Below are positions 10,742 to 23,500 of a stretch of DNA of 64,000 nucleotides, in pieces. The translations under genes were made by a program, and so were the position numbers. A model generated the notes under the pieces. That model had not been told where the DNA came from. It did not search any database and saw only the letters and a program-made list of their open reading frames with translations. Position 1 is the first letter of the stretch; each line of letters opens with the position of its first letter. The DNA lies in the NCBI GenBank assembly GCA_041665785.1, contig JBAYIE010000003.1, positions 14,120 to 78,119 of the forward strand, in the 5' to 3' direction. The stretch is from Bacteroidia bacterium (GTDB lineage Bacteria > Bacteroidota > Bacteroidia > UKL13-3).

Positions 10742-10791
10742 GGTTTCCCTATTGGTTTGTATCAGATATGGAATCCTGAATTTAATCGGAT

Positions 10792-12402
10792 TTAGAAAGG
10801 CGTAATCTGCTTGTTTTTTGGGTATTTGACTTCGAATGAAAAAGGGATTTTCAAGGATTGTTCCGGTTCCAGCGTAATATACCATGTTAGCTTACCCGTT
10901 GATTCTTCGAATTGAGCGCCGCTCTTCTCCAATAATGTTACTTCAATCTCACTGTTTTTAGTAACAGGTATTTGATCTTCTACCATCAATTGAACAGTTT
11001 CTTTGCGCGTATTGCGCAAGCGGATTTCCCATCCGTTTACATCTTTTTTGTTTCCACCAAAACAACAGGTTCTGCTGCTTATTTCCGCCATCAGTATCCG
11101 TTCAACGTGGATCCGTTTATCGATGCCCAGACTTATCACCATTGTGTCGGAAGCGGTGTTTGAAATATAGGTTGTACCTGTAAACGCACCACTCAGATAT
11201 ACATTGGCATTGCCGGGCAATAAATTGATTAATCCGCTAGCCGGAATAGAGGCCGTAGTATAAACTGAGGTATTGTATTTTGGAACAACAGCATGGCCGT
11301 AGGTTGCCTGTATAGAAGTAGTGTTTAAATCTACTGTTTGTGGGTTACCATCAGATAGAATGGTGTATGGATTAGCGATATGAAATTCAATCTGGATTTC
11401 CGTTTCCATCACTTGTACCGGAGGAGCAGCCATGGCAGGTACATGATCCTGGACAGCATTTAATTGTTGAATTTTGCCTTCCTTCATTTGCTTACGCTGA
11501 ATTACGACAGCATTATTTAAGAAATCGATGCGCAAAGGTTCCAATTCGGGTTTATTGCCGCTTTCGTTCGGTGTAAGTGTGGATAGGATTAAATTTACGT
11601 CGCTCCAATCTTCGCCCGTTTGTTGGGTAATATGGGCTTTACTGATCAGTTGCAAAGGAGAATGGGTGTCTTTCACGCGTATATCATAAAAAATACTCCA
11701 GGATACCTGACTTACGAGATAGGTGATTTCTACCAGCGCATTATCCAGCGCTTTGTCACATTCAACCGTGACTACCAATTCAACCGGATTTTGCTGCCGG
11801 CGCTGGATTATCTGCAATTGCCTTTTTAAAATTTCGTGAATCAATACCAATGGTTTTTCAGCTTTTATCAGGCGGTGTTGTTCTTCACCAATTTCCTGAG
11901 TACGCTTGCGATACAGCAACAGAGCATCTTCGAGATCATCAATATGCAGTCCGTTGTTGGCGCCAAACAAGACTTTGTTGGCCTGCAATAAATCCTTTTC
12001 AATCTGCAAGGCTTCGCGTTTTATCTTGATAGCAGTGATCATATCGGAAGTGGTTTCCAGAGAATCTTCGAGCGCAATGATTTCCGGTGTCTTTACTGAA
12101 GCTTTAAGATAATTGTTGCGTTGATTTACGGATAAAAGTGTGAGGTTCTGATCTCCTCTTACTTGTATGCTGTTAAAATCCAATTGAGGGGAAAGGTTTT
12201 CGAAAATCAATTGTGAGGTCCCCCTGTTTACTGAAACATTAGCAATACGTGTCACCTGAGCCTTATTGAGGTATACGGTAACTGCCTTTATTGTGGAATT
12301 CACCTTGATTTCATTGCCCGACCATGCCTGAGGAACGGTGGCCATAAAAAATGCGGCCAGCATGATATGTCTGAACTTTGAAATAGACGGACAAGCGGGG
12401 GC
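10792..12402 (-). CDS. DUF4139/DUF4140-like (mucoidy-inhibitor MuiA family-like) secreted protein
   Basis: 558-aa ORF trimmed at the 5' end to avoid a 44-nt overlap with the upstream carboxyltransferase. The start is uncertain. Coiled-coil middle region and beta-rich C-terminus. Family assignment is from memory of typical architecture. Confidence 0.5.
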   Translation of the reverse strand, partial: APACPSISKFRHIMLAAFFMATVPQAWSGNEIKVNSTIKAVTVYLNKAQVTRIANVSVNRGTSQLIFENLSPQLDFNSIQVRGDQNLTLLSVNQRNNYLKASVKTPEIIALEDSLETTSDMITAIKIKREALQIEKDLLQANKVLFGANNGLHIDDLEDALLLYRKRTQEIGEEQHRLIKAEKPLVLIHEILKRQLQIIQRRQQNPVELVVTVECDKALDNALVEITYLVSQVSWSIFYDIRVKDTHSPLQLISKAHITQQTGEDWSDVNLILSTLTPNESGNKPELEPLRIDFLNNAVVIQRKQMKEGKIQQLNAVQDHVPAMAAPPVQVMETEIQIEFHIANPYTILSDGNPQTVDLNTTSIQATYGHAVVPKYNTSVYTTASIPASGLINLLPGNANVYLSGAFTGTTYISNTASDTMVISLGIDKRIHVERILMAEISSRTCCFGGNKKDVNGWEIRLRNTRKETVQLMVEDQIPVTKNSEIEVTLLEKSGAQFEESTGKLTWYITLEPEQSLKIPFSFEVKYPKNKQITPF

Positions 12403-12424
12403 CATGAGCTTCCGCAAAGCATTG

Positions 12425-13999
12425 TTATAACGGGATGTTTCCATGTTTTTTACGGGGTAATTGAGCAACCTTGTTCTCTAACATTTTAAAGGCTTTGATC
12501 AACTTTAAACGTGTCTCTTCCGGAAATATTACTTCATCGATAAAGCCGCGTTCGGCTGCACGGTATGGATTTGCAAAGAGTGTTCCATATTCTTTCTCCT
12601 TCGATGCCAGTTCGGCCTGATGGTCGGCAGCACTGTCGATTTCTTTTTTGAAAATAATTTCAGCAGCACCTTTGGCTCCCATTACGGCAATCTCTGCAGT
12701 GGGCCAGGCATAGTTCATATCACATCCGATATGCTTGGAGTTCATTACATCATACGCACCTCCATATGCTTTGCGCGTGATTACCGTAACCCGCGGAACA
12801 GTTGCTTCGCAAAAGGCATACAGCAATTTAGCGCCATTGGTTATGATTCCATTCCACTCCTGATCGGTACCGGGTAAAAAACCGGGAACATCTTCAAATA
12901 CCAGCAATGGTATATTGAACGCATCGCAAAAACGTACAAAACGTGCACCTTTCTGGGATGCATGAATATCCAGACAGCCGGCCAATTGAGAAGGTTGATT
13001 GCCCACAATGCCAATGCTTCTGCCGGCCAGTCGGGCAAAGCCAACTACGATGTTTTCGGCATAATTTTTATGCACTTCATAAAAAGAATTTTCATCGGCA
13101 ATGAGGTTGATCACCTCGCGCATATCGTAGGGTTGATTCGGATTTTCGGGAACAATGTTTTTCAACCCCAAACGCATTTCATCAGTTGGAGTATATGGTA
13201 AAGCAGGAGTTGTTTCTTCGCAGTTCGATGGAATATAACTAATCAGTTTTTTCAATTGCTGAATGCAATCAATTTCATTGCCTGCCGTAAAATGGGCCAC
13301 TCCGCTTTTGGTAGAGTGCACCGATGCACCACCGAGTTCTTCAGACGTTACTTCTTCGTGGGTTACGGTTTTTACAACATTGGGTCCGGTTACAAACATA
13401 TAAGCGGTATGCTCCACCATCATTACAAAATCGGTGATAGCCGGACTATACACAGCTCCTCCGGCGCAAGGGCCCATGATGGCTGAAATTTGAGGAATCA
13501 CTCCCGAAGCCATGGTATTGCGATAAAAGATATCGGCATATCCGCCGAGAGAAACAACACCTTCCTGTATACGTGCACCACCACTATCGTTGAGTCCGAT
13601 AACCGGTGCGCCATTCTTCATGGCCAGATCCATCATTTTGCAGATTTTTTCGGCATGGGTTTCACTCAGCGATCCTCCAAAAACAGTAAAATCCTGAGAG
13701 AATACATAAACCAACCGACCCTCAATGGTACCGTAAGCTGTTACAACGCCATCGCCCGGGAATTTTTGTTTTTCCATTCCGAAATCAGTCGATCGGTGCT
13801 GCACAAAACCACCAATTTCCTCAAAACTGCCTTCGTCCAGCAAAAAGTGGATCCTTTCACGGGCAGTCAATTTGCCTTTTTTGTGTTGGGCTTCAATCCT
13901 TTTTTCACCACCACCCTGCAGGGCTGCTTTACGGGTTTCGTGAAGGAGGTTGCGTTTCGGATCCGGATCACTGTCGGGGGTATGCAATTGCGTTGGCAT
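12425..13999 (-). CDS. Acyl-CoA carboxylase carboxyltransferase subunit (propionyl-CoA carboxylase beta / methylmalonyl-CoA decarboxylase alpha)
   Basis: N-terminus …[33 protein letters not shown]… and two carboxyltransferase domains. 524 aa. Confidence 0.9.
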   Translation of the reverse strand: MPTQLHTPDSDPDPKRNLLHETRKAALQGGGEKRIEAQHKKGKLTARERIHFLLDEGSFEEIGGFVQHRSTDFGMEKQKFPGDGVVTAYGTIEGRLVYVFSQDFTVFGGSLSETHAEKICKMMDLAMKNGAPVIGLNDSGGARIQEGVVSLGGYADIFYRNTMASGVIPQISAIMGPCAGGAVYSPAITDFVMMVEHTAYMFVTGPNVVKTVTHEEVTSEELGGASVHSTKSGVAHFTAGNEIDCIQQLKKLISYIPSNCEETTPALPYTPTDEMRLGLKNIVPENPNQPYDMREVINLIADENSFYEVHKNYAENIVVGFARLAGRSIGIVGNQPSQLAGCLDIHASQKGARFVRFCDAFNIPLLVFEDVPGFLPGTDQEWNGIITNGAKLLYAFCEATVPRVTVITRKAYGGAYDVMNSKHIGCDMNYAWPTAEIAVMGAKGAAEIIFKKEIDSAADHQAELASKEKEYGTLFANPYRAAERGFIDEVIFPEETRLKLIKAFKMLENKVAQLPRKKHGNIPL

Positions 14000-14169
14000 A
14001 ATGATTGGTCTGCGTTAAAATATGCGATGCAAGTATAAGTAATACTTGGTATATTCAAGTTTTGCCGGGTTGTTTTAATGTGGTAATTTCAGGTCGCTCC
14101 GTTTGTAAAAAGTGAATGAGCCGTACTCAATAAAATTATGTATTCTTGTGGTTTGCAATATAAAATGCT

Positions 14170-17112
14170 ATGACAAAACGTACACTCCTCCTTTTCGGAT
14201 TATTGGTTTCGCTGATTCCTGCAATCGCGCAAGCCCCGTTTCAAACCGTTGAAAGAAAATCGCCCGACGGCAAATTTACCTACACACAGGTAATCAATGA
14301 TCCGCTGAATGTGCGGACATACAAATTGCCTAATGGCCTCACGGTAATGTTATCGGTGAATAAAAATGCACCCCGCATTCAAACCCTGATTGCAACGCGT
14401 GCAGGTAGCAAAAACGACCCTGCAGATAATACCGGATTGGCGCACTATCTGGAACACATGCTGTTTAAAGGAACCGACAAATACGGATCTTTAGACTGGA
14501 CCAGGGAGAAGGAGCAACTGGATAAAATAGATGCCTTGTACGAAAAGTACAATAAAACCAAAGACCCGGTTCAGCGTAAAAGCATTTATCATCAGATAGA
14601 TTCTGTGTCGGGTGTTGCATCCGGACATGCTATTGCCAATGAATATGATAAAATGCTTTCTGTAATAGGGGCAACAGGTACAAATGCGTTTACCTCGCTG
14701 GAGCAAACCGTTTATGTAAACGATATTCCTCAAAATCAAATAGAGAACTGGTTGAATATTGAGTCGGAAAGATTCCGCAATCCGGTATTGCGTTTATTTC
14801 ATACGGAACTGGAAGCGGTTTATGAAGAAAAAAATATTTCGCTTGATGAAGATGACAGTAAAGTGTTTGATGTGCTGATGGAGAACCTCTTTACAAAACA
14901 CGCTTATGGAACCCAATCTACGATTGGTACCGTTGAACATCTCAAAAATCCGTCGCTGATTAAGATCCGCAATTATTACAATACCTACTATGTTCCCAAC
15001 AATATGGCGATCATCATGGCCGGCGATTTTGATCCGGATATGCTGATCGGAAAAATAGCGGAAAAGTTCGGTTATATGGTTCCAAAGCCTGTTCCGGAGT
15101 ATACATTTCAACCTGAGCCTGTGCGTACAGCACCAGTAGAAAAAACCGTTTATGGCCCGGATGCCCAGAGTGTACTCATTGGATACCGCATGCCGGGAGC
15201 AAATACTCGTGAAGTGGATTACCTGGTATTGTGCGATTATTTACTGGCCAATTCAAAAGCCGGTTTTATTGATTTGAATCTCGTTAAAAAACAACGCGTT
15301 CTTGAAGCGTATTCTGCCACTTGGATAAATAAGGATTACAGCTTACAATTTCTGGGAGGAAAATCGAATGAAGGTCAGTCGCTCGAAGAAGTAAAACAAT
15401 TGCTGCAGGAACAAATAAACCTTTTGCGCACAGGTGCATTCGACGATAAAATGTTGCATGCCATCATTGCCAACTTTAAAGTGGATAAAATTCGTGCCTT
15501 CGAATCAAATCAGGGCAGAGCGTTTACCATGCTTGAATCTTTTATAGTTGGAAAACCCTGGAACGAGCAAGCTGCCATTCTGGATCGCTTGTCATCGGTT
15601 ACCAAAGCGGATCTTGTGAAATTTGCCAATCAATATTATACCAACGATTATGTGGTGGTTTATAAAATGACAGGTGAAGATAAAAATGTAGTGAAAGTAG
15701 ATAAACCTGAAATTACACCTGTGAATCTGAATCGTGATAAAACGTCGCCTTTTACCAAAGCAGTTACCGAAAGTCAGGCACCCAACATCAAACCTGTATT
15801 TCTCGATTATCAGCAGGATATCTCTACTGCAATGGTTGGCGGAAAAGTTCCGGTTTACCATGTGTTGAACAAAGACAACGGACTGTTCCGCCTGTATTAT
15901 GTGTTGGATATGGGAAAATTCCATCATATCAAATTGCCGATAGCTGTAGAGTTGTTGCAATTTTTAGGAACCGATAAATATTCAGCCGAAGAAATCAGCA
16001 AAGAATTTTTCAATCTGGCCTGCGATTACAGCGTGTCGGCAGGCGATGAGCAGGTATATATTTCTGTATCCGGTTTGGATGAAAATTTTGAGAAAGCCGT
16101 AACATTATTTGAACATCTGATATCCAATGCAAAACCGGATCAGCAGGCGCTCAACAATCTTGTGGAGCAAAAATTAAAAGAACGTGAAGACAATAAACTG
16201 AACAAGCAAATGATCTTCTGGACCGCATTGCGCAGTTATGCCATGTACGGTAAAAACAATCCGGCGCGATATGTTTTATCCAAAGAGGAGTTGAAAGCAT
16301 TGAAGGCGGAAGATTTAGTTAAGTTGATTCATTCACTCACCACGTATGAACATGCTATTTATTATTATGGTCCGCGCAGCCTTCAAATTACAACAGATTA
16401 CCTGACCTCTGCACATAAAATTCCAGCAAAATTGACTCCATATCCGAAGCCGGTTGAATTTACCCGGTTAGAGACCAACACCAATAAAGTGTATTTCGTA
16501 AATTACAATATGGTGCAGGCAGAGTTGGTTTGGTTAAACAAACAAACAATGCCATTTGACACGGTTTCATTTCCGTTGATTTCGATGTTCAATGAATATT
16601 TTGGCGGTGGAATGTCGTCGCTGGTATTTCAAAGCATTCGCGAATCCAAAGCATTGGCCTATTCTACGTATTCACGCTACAATGTTCCCACCAAGAAAAC
16701 AGATCCGTTTGTAGTTCTTGCCTATATTGGTACCCAGGCTGATAAGATGAATGACGCGGTTGCTGCCATGAATGATTTGCTCAGCAATATGCCGGTGGAT
16801 GAAAAATCATTCAATACGGCTAAATCAGCGCAACGTGCCCAGATAGAGACTGAACGTATCACCAAAGAACAGATCATTTTTAGTTATATGAATGCAAAAC
16901 GTCTGGGCCTGCATCACGATCGCAGAAAAGATGTGTATGAAGGTTTGGAACATCTTTCGGTAAGTGATTTGAAGAAGTTTCATGATACCCGTTACAGAAA
17001 TAATGCTTACCACTATTGCGTGATGGGGTCTAAGGAAAAAGTAAAAATGACGGATCTGGAAAAACTCGGTCCCGTTACCGAACTTAGCCTAAAGGAAATT
17101 TTTGGATATTGA
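14170..17112 (+). CDS. M16 family (insulinase-like) zinc peptidase, secreted, 980 aa
   Basis: Signal peptide and inverted zincin motif HYLEHMLFKGT (HxxEH). Confidence 0.85.
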   Translation: MTKRTLLLFGLLVSLIPAIAQAPFQTVERKSPDGKFTYTQVINDPLNVRTYKLPNGLTVMLSVNKNAPRIQTLIATRAGSKNDPADNTGLAHYLEHMLFKGTDKYGSLDWTREKEQLDKIDALYEKYNKTKDPVQRKSIYHQIDSVSGVASGHAIANEYDKMLSVIGATGTNAFTSLEQTVYVNDIPQNQIENWLNIESERFRNPVLRLFHTELEAVYEEKNISLDEDDSKVFDVLMENLFTKHAYGTQSTIGTVEHLKNPSLIKIRNYYNTYYVPNNMAIIMAGDFDPDMLIGKIAEKFGYMVPKPVPEYTFQPEPVRTAPVEKTVYGPDAQSVLIGYRMPGANTREVDYLVLCDYLLANSKAGFIDLNLVKKQRVLEAYSATWINKDYSLQFLGGKSNEGQSLEEVKQLLQEQINLLRTGAFDDKMLHAIIANFKVDKIRAFESNQGRAFTMLESFIVGKPWNEQAAILDRLSSVTKADLVKFANQYYTNDYVVVYKMTGEDKNVVKVDKPEITPVNLNRDKTSPFTKAVTESQAPNIKPVFLDYQQDISTAMVGGKVPVYHVLNKDNGLFRLYYVLDMGKFHHIKLPIAVELLQFLGTDKYSAEEISKEFFNLACDYSVSAGDEQVYISVSGLDENFEKAVTLFEHLISNAKPDQQALNNLVEQKLKEREDNKLNKQMIFWTALRSYAMYGKNNPARYVLSKEELKALKAEDLVKLIHSLTTYEHAIYYYGPRSLQITTDYLTSAHKIPAKLTPYPKPVEFTRLETNTNKVYFVNYNMVQAELVWLNKQTMPFDTVSFPLISMFNEYFGGGMSSLVFQSIRESKALAYSTYSRYNVPTKKTDPFVVLAYIGTQADKMNDAVAAMNDLLSNMPVDEKSFNTAKSAQRAQIETERITKEQIIFSYMNAKRLGLHHDRRKDVYEGLEHLSVSDLKKFHDTRYRNNAYHYCVMGSKEKVKMTDLEKLGPVTELSLKEIFGY

Positions 17113-17135
17113 TTGAGTAAACAAAACCTTTTGCT

Positions 17136-18176
17136 ATGCATACCATAGATTTACGAAGCGATACAGTTACAAAACCTACACCCGCTATGCTCGATGCCAT
17201 GAAGCAGGCAAGGGTGGGAGACGATGTGTATGGCGAAGATCCGGAAGTAAATCGTTTACAGGAAATGGCTGCTAAGTTGTTTGGAATGGAAGCAGGATTG
17301 TTTTGTCCGAGCGGAACCATGACCAACCAGATTGCTATTAAGATGCATACACAGCCTGGCGATGAGTTGATTTGTGCCGACAATGCGCATGTGTTCAAAT
17401 ACGAAGGAGGAGGCATTGCTTCAAATTCGGGAGTTCAGGCGCGCGTGATACAAGGCGACAGAGGCAGGATCAATGCATTTCAAGTAGAAGAAATGATCAA
17501 TGGCGACGATGTGCATTTTCCCCGCACCAGTTTGGTTTGTCTGGAAAATACCAGTAATCGGGGAGGCGGCAGTATTTACGATTGGGAAAGTATGCAAGCT
17601 ATACGTAATGTTTGTGATGCACATCAGCTGAAACTGCATCTCGATGGTGCACGGATTTTTAATGCATTGGTAGAAGGAAACTATACTCCCTTGCAACTTG
17701 GAAAACTCTTCGACAGTATTTCCATTTGTTTGAGTAAAGGATTAGGTGCACCTGTTGGGTCAGTGCTATTGGGTACCAAAACCATGATACAAAAGGCCCG
17801 ACGGATTCGAAAAGTATTTGGCGGAGGAATGCGTCAGGCAGGATATTTGGCCGCTGCAGGTTCGTACGCATTGACGCATTATATCGATCGTCTGAAAATT
17901 GATCACGACCATGCAAAAAGAATAGGAAAGGTATTACAGGATTTACCTGGAGTGGCTGAAGTGATCCCGGTTGAAACCAATATTATCATCTTCAGGTTAA
18001 GTTCAGCTGCTATTACCGATTCATTCAAACAATACCTTGAATCGAATAGCATTTTATGTGGAAGAGTAGCTCCTGATGCACTCCGTTTTGTCTTTCATCT
18101 GGATATTCATGCAGAAATGGTAAATCAATTGGAATCCATTCTTAACGCTTCGACTGCAGCTCAATCCACCGGATGA
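17136..18176 (+). CDS. ltaE: Low-specificity L-threonine aldolase
   Basis: [19 protein letters not shown]… PLP beta-eliminating lyase family, 346 aa. Confidence 0.85.
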   Translation: MHTIDLRSDTVTKPTPAMLDAMKQARVGDDVYGEDPEVNRLQEMAAKLFGMEAGLFCPSGTMTNQIAIKMHTQPGDELICADNAHVFKYEGGGIASNSGVQARVIQGDRGRINAFQVEEMINGDDVHFPRTSLVCLENTSNRGGGSIYDWESMQAIRNVCDAHQLKLHLDGARIFNALVEGNYTPLQLGKLFDSISICLSKGLGAPVGSVLLGTKTMIQKARRIRKVFGGGMRQAGYLAAAGSYALTHYIDRLKIDHDHAKRIGKVLQDLPGVAEVIPVETNIIIFRLSSAAITDSFKQYLESNSILCGRVAPDALRFVFHLDIHAEMVNQLESILNASTAAQSTG

Positions 18177-19099
18177 AAAGGCTTGTATGTCTGGCATTGG
18201 TTTCACTCAGTTTTTTTGTAAAAGCACAAGCACCTTATGTTTTGATTTTGGGAATAACACAGGATGGAGGATTGCCCCATACCGGATGTGAAAAGCCATG
18301 TTGCAAGGTTGCTTGGAAGGATCCAAACTTAAAAGTTCCCGTTTCCTGCCTGGCCATCATTGATCCGGTATCGAAACAAAGCTGGATGATCGATGCTACA
18401 CCTGATTACGGAATGCAATTGCAGATGTTGCGTAAGCATATGCAAGATTCTACACATTTGCCTTCTGCCATTTTTTTAACACATGCTCATATTGGTCATT
18501 ATGCAGGTTTGATGCAACTGGGCAAAGAGGTAATGTCGGCCCGGCAGATGCCGGTATATGCTCTTCCTCGCATGCTTAAATTTTTAACTACCAACGGTCC
18601 CTGGAGTCAGTTGGTTTCGTTGGGTAATATAAAATTGCAATCCATGAATCCGGGTGAGCAGGTAATTTGCAATGCACGAATCCGTATTTCACCATTTCTG
18701 GTTCCGCATCGCGATGAGTTTTCTGAAACTGCAGGTTTCAGCATATCCACTGATGCAAAAAAGTACATCTTCATTCCGGATATTGACAAATGGGAAAAAT
18801 GGTATCCGGAGCAAACAGCCGGTAAACTGGATTCCCTCTTTGCGGCGCATGATTATGTATTGATCGACGGAACTTTTTATAATTCCAGGGAATTGGGCGG
18901 ACGTGATTTACGTGAAATACCTCATCCTACCGTGACAGAATCGATGCAATTATTTGCCTCATTTAAAAATACAAATCCGAAAAATGTATACTTTATACAT
19001 CTGAATCATAGCAATCCACTTTTGCGATCCGGCCCTGAACGTGATAATGTTTTGAAGAAAGGGTTTCGATTGGCTGAGACGGAAATGAGGTTGGATTGA
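18173..19099 (+). CDS. MBL-fold metallo-hydrolase (PqqB-like), secreted
   Basis: Signal peptide, HAHIGHYAG metal-binding motif. Overlaps the ltaE stop by 4 nt. Confidence 0.7.
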   Translation: MKRLVCLALVSLSFFVKAQAPYVLILGITQDGGLPHTGCEKPCCKVAWKDPNLKVPVSCLAIIDPVSKQSWMIDATPDYGMQLQMLRKHMQDSTHLPSAIFLTHAHIGHYAGLMQLGKEVMSARQMPVYALPRMLKFLTTNGPWSQLVSLGNIKLQSMNPGEQVICNARIRISPFLVPHRDEFSETAGFSISTDAKKYIFIPDIDKWEKWYPEQTAGKLDSLFAAHDYVLIDGTFYNSRELGGRDLREIPHPTVTESMQLFASFKNTNPKNVYFIHLNHSNPLLRSGPERDNVLKKGFRLAETEMRLD

Positions 19100-19100
19100 G

Positions 19101-20294
19101 TTACAAATACGAAGACCACCCTGTCTTGTGTTTCAATTTATATTCAAGGTATTTTTTACAAGGGTAATACAACCCTGCTACTACTGCAATCCAGATGAAA
19201 TAAACGATCAGGAGCGAATACCCAAATTCACGAGGCCTGAACAGGAATGGTGTTTCGCCCGAGGCGATTTCGGAAACGGAATGACCGGTGAAGAAAAATA
19301 CTGCCACGCACAAAACATGAATCAGGTAAATGTGCACGATATAATAAAAGAAGGGAACCTTGCCAAAAATCAATAAAGGCTTTATATACCTGTTGTTCCA
19401 TGATTCGGTAAATGCCAGAAACAGCAATGCAGGTCCCAGCATGATGCTAGAGAATGCCAATGAAGGCGGATACTTTGTAACATCCAAAAATGAAAGAAAC
19501 GTTAATCCGGAAGATGCCTGTTCGGTCCATGGATGCGGATCGCCATAATTGTTAAACCAACGTAATATGACAAATCCCAATAGCAGGCCTAGTCCTGTTG
19601 CAAGGAGTATTTTTATTCGTTTGGTTGTATCAAATGCAGAAGTATACATCGTTCCAAAACAATATCCCAATCCCATGATTCCCATCCAGGGGATCAGGGG
19701 GTAAACAATTAGAAATGCATGATTTCTCCAAAACGGATAAAGGGTGAAATGTCCGCGGTGTAAAGCATCCCAGAGGAATCCGGCCTGACCATGTATTTCA
19801 GCTTCGGCATAATCCAACACATTATGACCTGTAATCAGCAGGATGGAAATAACACCGATTGCTTTAAGCGGTAAATGTACCATGATGCCCAATGCTATCA
19901 TGCTTACACCAATAGCCCAGATTACCTGCATCACAAAAATGTTGAAGAAAGGATTAAAGGTCCATCCGAATGTAACCAGCGTAAACTCAACCAATATCAG
20001 CCATAAACCGCGTTTGATCAGAAACAGGCTTTGATCGTTTTTAGTTTTGCGCGTACCGGATAAAAAGGCTGAAATGCCTGAAAGAAAAACAAATACCGGA
20101 GCGCAAAAATGGGTGATCCACCGTGTGAAATAAAGTGCTGGTGTAGTGGTGGCAAGATTCAGCGGATCATCTACAAAGGCTTCGCTGTGAAAAAAATCCC
20201 GGACATGATCAAGCGCCATCAGCACCATCACCAAACCACGGAGGAGGTCGATAGAGAGGATGCGGGTCGAACTTTGTGGCAGGGATTGATTCAT
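19101..20294 (-). CDS. DUF1624 / heparan-alpha-glucosaminide N-acetyltransferase-like membrane protein
   Basis: Motif RILSIDLLRGLVMVLMALDHVRDFF followed by many TM helices. Start chosen at MNQSLPQ; starts at 20330 or 20390 are also possible. Confidence 0.6.
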   Translation of the reverse strand: MNQSLPQSSTRILSIDLLRGLVMVLMALDHVRDFFHSEAFVDDPLNLATTTPALYFTRWITHFCAPVFVFLSGISAFLSGTRKTKNDQSLFLIKRGLWLILVEFTLVTFGWTFNPFFNIFVMQVIWAIGVSMIALGIMVHLPLKAIGVISILLITGHNVLDYAEAEIHGQAGFLWDALHRGHFTLYPFWRNHAFLIVYPLIPWMGIMGLGYCFGTMYTSAFDTTKRIKILLATGLGLLLGFVILRWFNNYGDPHPWTEQASSGLTFLSFLDVTKYPPSLAFSSIMLGPALLFLAFTESWNNRYIKPLLIFGKVPFFYYIVHIYLIHVLCVAVFFFTGHSVSEIASGETPFLFRPREFGYSLLIVYFIWIAVVAGLYYPCKKYLEYKLKHKTGWSSYL

Positions 20295-20433
20295 GGGCAG
20301 ATCAAATATATGGAAGAAGGGAATATTCATTGCAAGTAAATTAAAGAAGCAATGAATCGCATCCACCGAAGCCTTGGCGTAGGTGGACAATTACACAATT
20401 ATCAAACAGATTCCTCTCATAACCACAATACCC

Positions 20434-20482
20434 AACCATTAACTAATAACTAATAACTAATAACTAATAACCAATAACAACC
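20434..20482. repeat. Heptamer tandem repeat (TAACTAA x5) carrying the AACCATTAACT core, in the divergent DUF1624/mfd promoter region
   Basis: cccaaccattaactaataactaataactaataactaataaccaataacaacc, read directly in the sequence. Confidence 0.6.
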
Positions 20483-20509
20483 TATATTTGCAATTCAGAT
20501 TTTTGGTCG

Positions 20510-23500
20510 TTGAATTTACAAGAGTTACTCAGTGCTTACCAATCCGGGGAGCACATGCAGCATCTTGCAGGAAAGTTAACCGGATCCCCCTCCCCAAAGC
20601 TTCGCCTGACGGGATTGGTGGGCTCGGCTGATGCTATTGCAGCTGTTTCGGTATTTCAGATTACACAGTGTTCACAGGTTTTTGTTTTTAATGATGCCGA
20701 TGAAGCGCATTATTTTGTAGCTGACCTCGAAAGCCTGATGGAAGGCAAATCCGTTTTGTTTTTTCCTCCATCCTACAAACGGCCTTTTCAGATTCATCAA
20801 CCCGAAAACAATCAGATCCTCGAGCGTGCAGAGGTGCTGAACCGATTGCATCAACTCAACCAACAGGGCGAACTTATCGTAACCACTGCGGAAGCTTTGT
20901 GCGAATTGGTGATCAGCGAGGCCGACCTGCATAAAAATACCTACGAATTAAAAGTGGGCCACACGTTTGATCTGGAGTTTTTTATTGAGTTTTTAAGCGA
21001 ACATCATTTTGAACGCAGTGATTTTGTGTATGAAGCCGGTCAATTCAGTATCCGGGGCGGAATTGTAGATATTTTCTCATTTAGCAATCCCCAGCCTTAC
21101 CGGATAGAATTGAATGGAGATCAGATTGAAAGCATCCGTACGTTTAAACCGGATACACAATTATCGGAAAAGAAAATTGATCGTTTTTTCATTATTCCCA
21201 ATGTGCAAATGGAAATGGATCATGCTCAGCGGCGGAATTTTTTTCAATATTTTCCAGAGAACACTGTGTTATGGATGAAAGATGTTCAGCTTACACTGGA
21301 ACAGGTTGAGCAAGGATGGCAGAAAGCCGCAGATGCACGGGAACAGTATCAACCCGGTGAATTTGATGCACCTCTTTTATCCAATGCGCAAATTTTTGAA
21401 ACAGCGGAAGCCTTAAAGCAAATATTTGATCGGAGCAAATTGGTAGAATTCGGTACACGTTCACTTTATAAAGAAGCAAAGCCAATCATCTTCAAATGTT
21501 CACCACAACCGGTGTTTCATAAAAATTTTACCCTGCTCATTCAAAATCTCAAATCCAACCAACAACAAGGCTTAACCAATTTAATTTTTTCGGATAGTAG
21601 CAGGCAGATTGAACGCTTGTATACCATTTTTGAAGATCTGGACCGCGACGTTCAATTCCATCCGGTGTATCATGCACTGACGAAAGGTTTTATTGATCAC
21701 GACCTCAAACTGGCTTGTTATACAGAGCATCAGGTATTCGACCGGTTTTACCGCGGGCATCAAACCCAAGCCTACAGTAAAACACGGATTCTTACGCTCA
21801 AAGAATTACGCGATTTGCGACCAGGGGATTTTGTAACACATATCGATCATGGAATTGGAAAATTTGCGGGATTAGAGAAAATTGAAATCAACGGGCATTT
21901 GCAGGAAGCCGTCAGGTTAATATACCGCGATAATGATTTATTGTATGTGAGTATAAATTCATTGCATAAAATTTCAAAGTATGTTGGGAAAGACGGTACA
22001 CAACCCCGCGTACATAAATTAGGCAGCGATGTTTGGGAGAAGGTTAAAAACAATACCAAACGTAAAGTAAAGGATATTGCGCGAGATCTGATCAAATTAT
22101 ACGCCAAGCGTAAAACGCAAATGGGATATGCTTTTTCACCTGATAATTATATGCAGGTAGAACTGGAAGCTTCCTTTATGTATGAAGATACACCGGATCA
22201 AAGCAAAGCATCGCTGGATGTAAAACAGGATATGGAAAATTCAAATCCGATGGATCGGCTGGTTTGTGGCGATGTAGGATTTGGAAAAACAGAAGTTGCC
22301 ATACGCGCTGCCTTTAAAGCGGTATGCGATAGTAAACAGGTAGCTGTTCTGGTTCCAACTACCATTCTGGCCAATCAACATTACCGTACATTTAAGGAGC
22401 GCCTGAAAGATTTCCCGTGTTCCATTGATTATCTGAACCGGTTTAAATCTTCAGCGGAGCAAAAAGAAATTCTGCAGAAAGCCAAAGACGGAAAACTCGA
22501 TATCCTGATTGGTACGCATAAATTATTGAGCAAGGAATTAAAGTTTAAGGATCTGGGTTTGCTCATCATCGATGAGGAACAGAAGTTTGGTGTTGCAGCG
22601 AAAGAAAAACTTAAAGCCATTAAGGTTAATGTAGATACGTTAACCCTTACTGCAACACCTATTCCGCGTACATTACACTTCAGTCTCATGGGAGCACGCG
22701 ATCTCTCTATAATCAATACACCACCGGCCAATCGTCAACCGGTTACTACCGAATTGCACAATTACAATGATGCGTTTTTGAAAGAAGCCATTTTGCATGA
22801 AGTGGAAAGAGGTGGACAGGTATTCATGGTACATCATCGTGTAAAAGATATTTATGAATTGGGGAATCACTTGATGTCGTTATGCCCGGGTGTACGCGTT
22901 GGTGTGGCACATGGTCAGCTGGCCGGTGATCAACTCGAAGATGTAATGATCAAATTTATTGAGGGCGATTATGACGTTTTGGTAGCAACAACCATTATTG
23001 AATCGGGACTCGATATTCCGAATGCCAATACGATTATCATCAACAATGCGCATATGTTTGGGTTGAGCGATATCCATCAGATGCGCGGCAGGGTAGGTCG
23101 CTCCAACCGTAAAGCATATTGCTATCTGTTGGTTCCTTCTATTTTAAACCTGACCAGCGATGCACGAAGACGTCTTCAGGCCATTGAAGAATTCAGCGAT
23201 CTGGGAAGCGGTTTTAATGTGGCTATGCGCGATTTGGATATTCGCGGTGCGGGCAATTTACTCGGTGGTGAGCAAAGCGGATTTATTGCGGAAATTGGTT
23301 TTGAGATGTACCACAAAATTCTGGATGAAGCTGTTCAGGAACTGAAAGAAGATGAATTCTCTGAATTGTTCAAAGAAGAACAGGTTCATAAAATAGAATC
23401 GAAAGATTGCACCATTGAAACCGATATGGAAGCCTTGATCCCAGATTCGTATATACGCAATATCAGTGAGCGTTTGAGTTTATACAACGAACTCTCCAAT

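Noticed and set aside
12403-12468. N-terminal 22 codons of the DUF4139-like ORF overlapping the upstream carboxyltransferase gene by 44 nt
   Set aside because: A downstream in-frame Met precedes a hydrophobic signal-like segment and removes the overlap. The start remains uncertain.
13490-14038. 182-aa plus-strand ORF and other 60-120 aa ORFs antisense to large genes (for example inside mfd, the M16 peptidase, the carboxyltransferase and fhs)
   Set aside because: They are fully embedded antisense to well-supported conserved genes, have no recognisable domains, and show atypical composition. Treated as frame-shadow ORFs.
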